53,527 bases of DNA from a virus (lineage: Duplodnaviria; Caudoviricetes), in IMG/VR virus record IMGVR_UViG_3300012232_000015, positions 1-53,527 of that record. The stretch is one strand, 5' to 3'. Each line of letters starts with the position of its first letter. Within the stretch, counting starts at the first letter, position 1. A program made the translations under genes and the position numbers. The notes beneath the pieces are model-generated. The model was not told the origin of the DNA and searched no databases. It saw only the letters and a list, made by a program, of their open reading frames with translations. This document shows positions 1 to 7,029 of this stretch, piece after piece.

Positions 1-2
1 CC

Positions 3-104
3 GACGACTTCGCCGAGCTGCTCGCCGCGCAGCGTGAGGAGATCGAGCGGCTTCACACCACGCACGAGGCGGCGGAGATGATCCTAACGGAGGGTCTGAG
101 GTGA
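3..104 (+). CDS. 3' end of a hypothetical protein (truncated by window edge)
   Basis: Open frame DDFAELLAAQREEIERLHTTHEAAEMILTEGLR* ending at TGA 102-104. Confidence 0.55.
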   Translation, partial: DDFAELLAAQREEIERLHTTHEAAEMILTEGLR

Positions 105-375
105 AGAGCGTATTGATCTGGGGCTGTGTGGGTGCTCTCGTCGGCGGCGGCGTTCGTGCTGAGCTGCGTCGCCGACGAGAAGGCGGCGTCAAGTCGATGG
201 CCGGGCGACTCGCACGAGCGACCACCTAGGTATCACAGCGGTCGTGACGAAGCACCAGGTCGACTCCCTGCGCAACGCCATAGACATCGTCTCCGGAACG
301 GACACTGAATAGGAGGCCGTTCCGGCATTCAAGAAGATCGAGGAGCCCCTGAAACCCTTTTTGGAGTATCTGACC

Positions 376-972
376 ATGAATCGCTCTCTCGTCTTGTCGG
401 GCCTGGCGCTCGTCGCCATGGCCCTCCCGGCGCTGCCGCAAGGTGGCGGTCCCGGAACCCTCCCCTTCTACGGCTCGCTTGCTGACGGCATCCCGGACTC
501 TGTGATCGACGCGCCCAGGCAGGGAGTCGACCTGCCCTGGGGGACGTACTACGCCGCGTCGGCGGCGATCGACCCCAACGCCCCGGTGATGTCGACGAGC
601 TGGGAGACGTCGATGGGCACGGTGACGGTCACGACTCCGAAGCTGGTCAACGAGTCGACCGGCAATCAAGCCTGGGCCCACCGGGCGGCAGTCAACGCGC
701 TGCTCAACGACCCCGGGATGAACTCACTCGGCGGCGCTTCGATGGCCGGCCAGTACGAGTCGGAGGCCGGCGGGTCGACGATGACGACAAGCTGGAACTC
801 GAGCCCTCCACCTCTGACCCACAGCGTCAGCACTCCGCCGATCGAGGGGGAGTCGCTGACAGAGCAGGCCGACCGGCACCTGCTGGCGGTGAACGCGCTC
901 GGGCGGGTCTTCCCGCCGCTGACCGGAGAGAAGACTGGGGCCAAGACCTCAGGCGGGGCGACGGCTCAGTGA
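376..972 (+). CDS. Secreted hypothetical protein with two ~40-aa internal repeats
   Basis: ATG 376 follows GGAG. N-terminus MNRSLVLSGLALVAMALPALP resembles a Sec signal peptide. Two copies of TSW...V.TP....ES...QA..H..AVNAL. Confidence 0.75.
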   Translation: MNRSLVLSGLALVAMALPALPQGGGPGTLPFYGSLADGIPDSVIDAPRQGVDLPWGTYYAASAAIDPNAPVMSTSWETSMGTVTVTTPKLVNESTGNQAWAHRAAVNALLNDPGMNSLGGASMAGQYESEAGGSTMTTSWNSSPPPLTHSVSTPPIEGESLTEQADRHLLAVNALGRVFPPLTGEKTGAKTSGGATAQ

Positions 973-1029
973 AGCCGATCATCTACACCGAGACGCCCGG
1001 CACTCCTGGCAAGGGGACGATGCCCGGCT

Positions 1030-1092
1030 AGGCGGCTCGAGCCGCCTGTTCGGCGCGCGCAAGTGCCTGCGACAAAAGGACTTGCGCGCGCC
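1030..1092. terminator. Two adjacent hairpins (candidate terminator/regulatory site)
   Basis: 18-bp palindrome AGGCGGCTCGAGCCGCCT (1030-1047), then 13-bp inverted repeat GGCGCGCGCAAGT (1052-1064) / ACTTGCGCGCGCC (1080-1092) followed by ATCTTT. Confidence 0.5.
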
Positions 1093-1129
1093 ATCTTTCC
1101 CGGATTCTCCTGGCTTCGATCCGGGAGCG

Positions 1130-1138
1130 TGGTATAGT
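1130..1138 (+). promoter_or_regulatory. Candidate extended -10 sigma70-type promoter of the early/replication operon
   Basis: TG-G-TATAGT upstream of an A-rich leader and RBS (AGGAAAGGA) before ATG 1192. An 8-bp inverted repeat TCCCGGAT/ATCCGGGA lies just upstream. Confidence 0.5.
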
Positions 1139-1191
1139 TGGGTGTCCGCAGAAACTAACTTTCAGCTTCAGCTCACAGGAAAGGAACAGCA

Positions 1192-1314
1192 ATGAGCGCA
1201 GCCCAGAGTCACCCGATCGTCAGAGAGATGTGGCGCCGCCTCGAAGTGTGGTGCCGCGAGGCCGAAGTGGCCCGCATGTCCGAGACGCGCTTCCGGCCGG
1301 AGTCGGCACGGTGA
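1192..1314 (+). CDS. Small hypothetical protein (40 aa, not in ORF track)
   Basis: Strong RBS. MSAAQSHPIVREMWRRLEVWCREAEVARMSETRFRPESAR*. Stop overlaps the next GTG start (GTGA). Confidence 0.7.
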   Translation: MSAAQSHPIVREMWRRLEVWCREAEVARMSETRFRPESAR

Positions 1315-1619
1315 GCGCTTCAACCGATCTCACGAAGCTCCCCGCGATCGGAGCGCGCGTGCGCCTCCGCGTCGCGGCAGATCGCTTCCCGCACTTTCTG
1401 GCGCCGGCCGGCTTGGTCGGCACGGTCGTCGCCGCGCACGTCGAGCACGGGCACCGCTTCATCTCCGTCCGCCTTGACGAGCCGCTCGACGGCGCCGAGG
1501 AGTGGGACAACTGCGTGCAGTGGCACGACTCCTCCGACGACTTCTGCGTCGCGACGGGCGATGAGCAAGGCGACTGGGAGCCGGCCGAGTGGGAGCGCTT
1601 CCTCGAGGTGATCGCGTGA
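1311..1619 (+). CDS. Hypothetical protein
   Basis: GTGA-coupled at both ends. MSASTDLTKLPAIGARVRLR... Confidence 0.7.
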   Translation: MSASTDLTKLPAIGARVRLRVAADRFPHFLAPAGLVGTVVAAHVEHGHRFISVRLDEPLDGAEEWDNCVQWHDSSDDFCVATGDEQGDWEPAEWERFLEVIA

Positions 1620-1831
1620 GCTGCGAGGCGTCGCTGGACGCGCAAGTAGCGCGCATTCGAGCGGAGGGCGGAGACGTCTTCACTCTGCGCGGCGACGAGC
1701 CCGGATCCCAAGCGTGGATGGTGTCGATCGACGGCGTCGTTCACCCGGCTGAGTGGCTTGACCGGGGCGCCGCCGTTGCCGGCTACCGCGTGGAGAAGCG
1801 GCGCATCGCTGTCCGTCGAGGTCTATCGTGA
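1616..1831 (+). CDS. Hypothetical protein
   Basis: GTGA-coupled, preceded by GAGG. MSCEASLDAQVARIRAEGG... Confidence 0.65.
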   Translation: MSCEASLDAQVARIRAEGGDVFTLRGDEPGSQAWMVSIDGVVHPAEWLDRGAAVAGYRVEKRRIAVRRGLS

Positions 1832-1923
1832 GTCGCTTTCAGCAGTTCGTCTTCACCTGCCTCGGCCTCGTTGCGGGTGAGATCGCCTTCCTCGTCGGAC
1901 TCTACTTCGGGTGGGTGTCGTGA
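1828..1923 (+). CDS. Small membrane protein (31 aa, not in ORF track)
   Basis: MSRFQQFVFTCLGLVAGEIAFLVGLYFGWVS*. One hydrophobic helix, GTGA-coupled on both sides. Confidence 0.6.
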   Translation: MSRFQQFVFTCLGLVAGEIAFLVGLYFGWVS

Positions 1924-2153
1924 GCGGGCTCGACGAGCGCTTGCACGCTGCCGCTCTCAATGAGGCGCTGCACACAGTGCGGGCCGCGGTGGACGGCTTC
2001 ACCGACGCGTTCCACGACGAGCTGCACGGCGGCCAGAGGAACGCGACTCTTCACTGGTTGGATCGCGTGAATCAGGCCACGATCGAGGCGAAGCGCCAGC
2101 TCTACGTTCACCGGGCTCGCTGGCGACGTGAGGCGAAGGAGGCGCGCAAGTGA
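1920..2153 (+). CDS. Hypothetical protein
   Basis: GTGA-coupled. MSGLDERLHAAALNEALHTV... Confidence 0.65.
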   Translation: MSGLDERLHAAALNEALHTVRAAVDGFTDAFHDELHGGQRNATLHWLDRVNQATIEAKRQLYVHRARWRREAKEARK

Positions 2154-4207
2154 GCGACCTCAAGAGCCTCGTCCTCAAGCCGCTAAGCGACTCGACGCGC
2201 ACCGCGTTCGCGCCGCCGGAGCTGGGGCCGAACGACCACCTCATCATCAGTCTGGACAAGGAGGGGACGCGCTTCGTGTGCGACCTCCGAGCGATGGCGC
2301 GCAACGAAGCCGGCGAGCTGGTCGAGCAGCGGTGGCCGGGCCCGTCATTCGCGGCCGGCTCGTTCTTCGAGCGCGTGCCGGAACGCGTGTGGCACGGCAC
2401 CAAGGGGCGCAGCGAGGAGGCGCAGAATCGGTGGACGTGCGCCGGCACCGACTTCACAGCGCTCCTCATCCACCACTGCTGGCCCTTTGATCGCATCCAC
2501 TTCAAGGGAAACGAGCACTGGAAGGCGCAGGACGGGGTGAACCTCTATGAGTTCCTCCTGAAGCGATTCTGTCTGCAAAACGCGCGAGCCGAGATGGTGG
2601 CGGCGTTCAAGTTGACTGGCGTCGCGCCCGAGCCGCCGGCCGGTTGGGTGGACCACCCGGAGCGACCGCTCGCCGACTACCAGCGCGTCGGGGTGCAGGC
2701 CGGCCTCAACCAGGAGGCGCTCGGCCTGCTGATGGACCGAGGCACCGGTAAGACGGCGGTGGGGATCGCTCGCGCGTGCCTCGAGGCGACGCAGCGAGCC
2801 GCCGACCCAGTCCACAAGGGCGGGATGTACCGCGCTCTCGTGGTGTGCCCTCCGCAGGTGCGCGCCAACTGGCAGCGTGAGGTGCACCGCTTCGCGACGG
2901 TGCCCGGCAAAGTGGTCGTGGTGCGCGGCAGCGCCGTCGATCGCGTCAAGAGCCTCATCGAGGGCGTGGAGTCCGAAGACGACTGCGCCTTCAGCTTCGT
3001 CATCGTGGGCTACGACTCCCTCGTGCCGTCCATCGAGGCGTTCGAGAAGGTGCGGTGGGACATCATCATCGCCGACGAGAGCCACAAATTCAAGTGGCAC
3101 GGGACGAAGCGGTGGGAGGCGATGATGCGGCTTCAGGGCCGGCAGCGCCTGATCCTCACCGGCACGCCTATCGGGAACTCGCCGATGGACCTGTGGTCGC
3201 AGCTGGAGTTCCTCGGGAAGGGGATGAGCGGCTTCATGTCGTTCAAGCACTTCCGAGAGTTTCACGGCGTCTGGGAGGACCAAGGCGGCCAGCACTCGGG
3301 AGTGAGCAAGCTGCTCGCCGTCAAGAACGTGCCGCTGCTCCAGGAGCGGCTGGCGCGCCTGACCTACGCGGTGACCAAGGATGAGGCGGGGCTGAAGCTG
3401 CCGGACAAGGTGTTCGACGTCAGCGAGGTCGAGATGACGCCCGCGCAGGCTGACACGTACGCGCGGGTGGCGAACCAGCTGTCCATCGAGCTCGAGGACG
3501 CGATGTCGGGGAGCGTCGACCGGATGACGGTCGAGCACATTCTCACCAAGCTGCTCCGCCTGTCGCAGGTCACGAGCAACATCATGACCTGGGACCCGGT
3601 CTGCGACCCGGACTCCGGCGAGCAGCTTCGCGCTCGGCGAGTCGAGCCCATCTCGCAGCTCAGCCCTAAGATCGAGGCGTTCATCGATGACGTCGAAGAG
3701 CTGGACCCGGACGAGAAGGCCATCGCGTGGTGCGTGCACGTGCCGGAGATCAAGGCGCTGTCGGCTCGGCTGACGGCGCGCGGAGTCCAGCACGTGACGT
3801 ACTACGGCGGGACGAAGCAGAAGGACCGCGACCCGTCGGAGCAGGCGTTCAACGGCGACCCCGCGGTGCGAGTCTTCGTCGGGAACCCGATGACGGCAGC
3901 AGAGGGGCTGAACCTCATCGGCTACGACTGGTGGGAGGCAGAGCCGAAGCAGGTCACAAGCGTGACGCTGATGGGCTTCCTCTCGCAGAATTGGAGCTCC
4001 ATCCTCCGCGAGCAGGCCGTCGACCGAGCGCACCGTCGAGGGACGCGCCGGCCTCTCACCGTTCGCGACTACATCATCGTGGGCACCATCGACGAGGACA
4101 TCCGGGACCGCGTCCAGAAGAAGATCACGATGGCGCAGCTGGTCACCAACGTGCGCGAGATCCTCGCCAGCGTCCTCGGGCAGAGAGGCGGGTCGAGAGT
4201 CGCGTGA
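2150..4207 (+). CDS. SNF2-family (SF2) helicase
   Basis: Walker A MDRGTGKT, motif Ia LVVCP, Walker B IIADESH, motif III LTGTP, motif VI QAVDRAHRRG. Confidence 0.93.
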   Translation: MSDLKSLVLKPLSDSTRTAFAPPELGPNDHLIISLDKEGTRFVCDLRAMARNEAGELVEQRWPGPSFAAGSFFERVPERVWHGTKGRSEEAQNRWTCAGTDFTALLIHHCWPFDRIHFKGNEHWKAQDGVNLYEFLLKRFCLQNARAEMVAAFKLTGVAPEPPAGWVDHPERPLADYQRVGVQAGLNQEALGLLMDRGTGKTAVGIARACLEATQRAADPVHKGGMYRALVVCPPQVRANWQREVHRFATVPGKVVVVRGSAVDRVKSLIEGVESEDDCAFSFVIVGYDSLVPSIEAFEKVRWDIIIADESHKFKWHGTKRWEAMMRLQGRQRLILTGTPIGNSPMDLWSQLEFLGKGMSGFMSFKHFREFHGVWEDQGGQHSGVSKLLAVKNVPLLQERLARLTYAVTKDEAGLKLPDKVFDVSEVEMTPAQADTYARVANQLSIELEDAMSGSVDRMTVEHILTKLLRLSQVTSNIMTWDPVCDPDSGEQLRARRVEPISQLSPKIEAFIDDVEELDPDEKAIAWCVHVPEIKALSARLTARGVQHVTYYGGTKQKDRDPSEQAFNGDPAVRVFVGNPMTAAEGLNLIGYDWWEAEPKQVTSVTLMGFLSQNWSSILREQAVDRAHRRGTRRPLTVRDYIIVGTIDEDIRDRVQKKITMAQLVTNVREILASVLGQRGGSRVA

Positions 4208-4527
4208 GCAGAGTGTTCGCACCCACCTCGCGCCACGCGCGATTCGACCTGGCGGACGTGCGCCGCTTCGGCGACGTTGTGTACGCCGCGGAGGACGCGC
4301 CGTCGGCGTTCGCGACGGACGAGCTGATGGCGCACTTCGCCGACGAGCTCGCCGGCTTCGACCCTGAGTCGGATCACATCGCGATGACCGGCAAAGCCAT
4401 CGACGTCGCGCTCTTCGTCGCCGTCGCGCTGCAGCTGTTCTCGGAGGTGCGCGCGCTGCTGTACGACGCGCGGTCAGGCTACCAGGAGCGAGTGCTGCGC
4501 CGCGTCGGCGCGAGGAGCGAGGCGTGA
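4204..4527 (+). CDS. Conserved-type phage hypothetical protein next to helicase
   Basis: GTGA-coupled. MSRVFAPTSRHARFDL...FDPESDHIAMTG...LLYDARSGY resembles small proteins I recall from SNF2/PolA phage modules. Confidence 0.7.
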   Translation: MSRVFAPTSRHARFDLADVRRFGDVVYAAEDAPSAFATDELMAHFADELAGFDPESDHIAMTGKAIDVALFVAVALQLFSEVRALLYDARSGYQERVLRRVGARSEA

Positions 4528-5117
4528 TAGAAGGCTACGTGTGCAGCAGCTGCGAGGCCGTTCGACGACGGATCACCGAGAGTTGTCCGCTGACGAATGG
4601 CGGCTATGACGGCCGCCACCTCGCGCAGATGGACCTAGTGAGATTGGTCTTGGACGCGAATCGAGGGTTCCAGACCGGTGGGCTAGTGGGACCCCAGGGA
4701 CCCTGTCCTCAGCCCGACCGAGGCACCCAGTCACTCTCAGCTGTCGACGGTCAGGAAGTGCCCCTGGCAGGGCCCTCAGCAGGGTCCCCCCAGGAGGGGC
4801 CTGATCAGGAGGCCAGACCGGGAGAGCCGGCCCTGACCCGAGTCGCCGCGTGCGCGCAGGCCGCGGCTCGCGACCTCTTCCTGCAGGCGCTGGCGCACCT
4901 CATCGACACTCGCGACGACTGGGTGGAGTACGCCGTCGCGGCTCCGGCCAGATTCCCGACGCGCGCGCTCGCTGCCCTCATCGAGGAGCAACTGGCGCGA
5001 CTGCACCGCGCTCACTGGCCGCAGCGCGAAGTCGCGCCGCACAGAGTGGAGTTCGTCGGCGACCGACCTATCATCGTCATCAAGACCGCCGAGAGGGCAG
5101 AGAGAGTCGCGACGTGA
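4524..5117 (+). CDS. Hypothetical protein
   Basis: GTGA-coupled. N-terminal CxxC and a P/G/Q-rich central linker. Confidence 0.65.
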   Translation: MIEGYVCSSCEAVRRRITESCPLTNGGYDGRHLAQMDLVRLVLDANRGFQTGGLVGPQGPCPQPDRGTQSLSAVDGQEVPLAGPSAGSPQEGPDQEARPGEPALTRVAACAQAAARDLFLQALAHLIDTRDDWVEYAVAAPARFPTRALAALIEEQLARLHRAHWPQREVAPHRVEFVGDRPIIVIKTAERAERVAT

Positions 5118-5677
5118 CGGAGCAAGTCAAGCAGCACGCACTCGTAGACGAGGCGGCGACGCTCCTCGAGCGAGCGCAGGGGATGCACGAAGCGTTCGTC
5201 TCGTGGGCGTACCGGCTCAAGGGCGCGATGGAGCTGTCGCAGCTCAGCGACCCGGAGCTCGCCGACGTGGGCTACCTGTGTCGCGAGATCGCGCAGCTCA
5301 CCGGTGAGGACTTTCGCAAGGAAGCCAAGGCGAGAGCGGAGCTCATCGGCAGCGTGCTGTGCGCCAAAGCCGCGCGCCGCGCCGCGGCCGGCAGCTCGGA
5401 TGTCGCGATCAAGGGGCGACTGTGCACCGCGACGCCTGACGTCGGGGTGCGCTACCTGCCGCCGACGCGCGGCACCGATGAGCATGCGAAGCTGATGGCC
5501 TGGCTCGGGGTGAGCGAGACGTTCGCCAGGGCCGGCGCCGTCGAAGTGAACTACAACCGCATGAACGAGCTGCTCACGGAGATGGCCGCCGAAGGGAAGG
5601 CGGCTCCGCGAGACGTCCTGCAGACTGTGCCAACCAACAAAGTCACTTACCGGAAAAAGAGAGAACCCAAGAGATGA
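5114..5677 (+). CDS. Hypothetical replication-module protein
   Basis: GTGA-coupled start (MTEQVKQHALVDE...). Helical, directly upstream of the SSB-like gene. Confidence 0.7.
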   Translation: MTEQVKQHALVDEAATLLERAQGMHEAFVSWAYRLKGAMELSQLSDPELADVGYLCREIAQLTGEDFRKEAKARAELIGSVLCAKAARRAAAGSSDVAIKGRLCTATPDVGVRYLPPTRGTDEHAKLMAWLGVSETFARAGAVEVNYNRMNELLTEMAAEGKAAPRDVLQTVPTNKVTYRKKREPKR

Positions 5678-6528
5678 CCCCCAACAAAGCAGCGAGTCCG
5701 CGAACGGAGACCGCCGTGCAGCGAGTGGCGGCGCCGACGTTCCTCACGCCGTACCTCGACGGCGACACGTCGACCGAGAAGCTGATTCAGCACCGCATCC
5801 TGCCGAGGCTGCACCCGCTGGACGACGGTGAGGAAGTGCTCAAGGACGCGCTGCGGGCGCACGGCGTCGCGAGCGTCATCATGGTGCCCAGCAACATCCT
5901 AGTGGCGAAGGCCGAAGAGCGGTTCAAGTTCGTGCCGTTCTTCTTCTTCCCCGAATATTTGTCGTGGCGCGATCGCAAAGACAAGGGCGGCGGCCGTCGA
6001 GTCACCGAGCGCACCTACGACGAAAACAGCGACCTCGCTCGCAAAGCGAAGGATGAGCGGCGGCGAGTCGAGGCGTACGGGCCCGCCGACCCGCAGACCG
6101 GTCAGCCGTCGTTCAAGATGAGCCACGTCGAGTACCTGCGCTTCGCGGGAATCCTCTACGATCACCCCGAACTGCACGGCGAACCGTGCGTCGTCTCGTT
6201 CGCCAAAGGCAACCACTTCCAGGGCGCGTCTCTCATCTCGGCGATGGCCACTCGGAAGGTGCCCAACAGCGAGGGCGAGCGCGTCATCGCCCCGTGCTGG
6301 TCCACTGTGTGGGAGCTGTGGGGCGAGGAGACTGCCAACGCGGAGGGATCGTGGTCGCGCTTCGGCTTCTCCGCACCGACGGACGGCTCCTCTCCGTGGA
6401 TCCGCGAAGAGGAGTCGGAGAAGTTCCGAGCCGAGCACCAGCTACTGCGCAAGCAGTACGCTGAGAAGATCCTCACCACCGCCGACGAGGGCGAAGGCGA
6501 GGACGGCGAAGTAAAGACGGACTTCTAG
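5674..6528 (+). CDS. Putative single-stranded DNA-binding/annealing protein
   Basis: Lies between helicase and primase-helicase. Aromatic-rich beta core and an acidic tail ending in Phe (DEGEGEDGEVKTDF), typical of SSB tails. Confidence 0.6.
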   Translation: MTPNKAASPRTETAVQRVAAPTFLTPYLDGDTSTEKLIQHRILPRLHPLDDGEEVLKDALRAHGVASVIMVPSNILVAKAEERFKFVPFFFFPEYLSWRDRKDKGGGRRVTERTYDENSDLARKAKDERRRVEAYGPADPQTGQPSFKMSHVEYLRFAGILYDHPELHGEPCVVSFAKGNHFQGASLISAMATRKVPNSEGERVIAPCWSTVWELWGEETANAEGSWSRFGFSAPTDGSSPWIREEESEKFRAEHQLLRKQYAEKILTTADEGEGEDGEVKTDF

Positions 6529-6581
6529 TCGTGGGCGCCACAACTAGCACTAATAAGCTAAGAGACTGCCCCGTCATAGCA

Positions 6582-6857
6582 ATGACGCACCGAGGCAGCG
6601 GACACACGATTCTCATCCGCCCCACAAGGGGCGGGTGGGCGGACGCAGGTGCGCTGATTCGAACGGAGCGCAAGAGCCGCGGCTGGTCGCAGCAGAAGCT
6701 GTCGGACTCGACGGTGACGCGGCTGTTCCCCAGACCCGTATCCCTGCCGAGCATCGTCAAGATTGAAGCCGGCGACTACGCCTACTCACCGATGGCGGCC
6801 ACTCTGATTCGCGTGCTGAACGCGATCGGGTGGGATCTGAAAGGCGAGAAGCGCTAG
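6582..6857 (+). CDS. XRE-family helix-turn-helix protein
   Basis: LIRTERKSRGWSQQKLSD...SLPSIVKIEAG matches the HTH_3 pattern. Start uncertain (GTG 6531 or ATG 6582). Confidence 0.75.
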   Translation: MTHRGSGHTILIRPTRGGWADAGALIRTERKSRGWSQQKLSDSTVTRLFPRPVSLPSIVKIEAGDYAYSPMAATLIRVLNAIGWDLKGEKR

Positions 6858-6965
6858 CAGAAGCCTCGATCCGAAAGCCGGGGTAGCGAAGTCGCAATCG
6901 TCCTCTTCTCAATGTTGAGGGGTGGGGGTCGAAGGGCGCAGGCTTCGAAAGATCCAGGCTTGGCG

Positions 6966-6988
6966 GCTCGGAGAGACGAGCACTTTTT
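6966..6988 (+). terminator. Intrinsic terminator-like hairpin upstream of primase-helicase
   Basis: GCTCG-GAGAGA-CGAGC stem-loop followed by ACTTTTT. Confidence 0.5.
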
Positions 6989-7029
6989 GACTTACCCGAT
7001 TCGACGGCGAGCGATGAAGGAGGCCCGGG

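Noticed and set aside
101-312. Gene between the first partial ORF and the secreted protein
   Set aside because: Three frames give short competing ORFs (101-229, 126-308 and a startless frame ending at 312). None can be chosen confidently.
2345-4222. Long minus-strand ORFs (625 aa here; also 30814-32148, 41104-42303, 44333-45523 and others)
   Set aside because: They are antisense shadows of well-supported + strand genes in high-GC DNA, with no motifs or RBS.
6858-6990. tRNA, known riboswitch or hammerhead ribozyme
   Set aside because: No cloverleaf with a T-loop/CCA end and no CUGANGA/GAAA core. Kept only as an unclassified structured leader.
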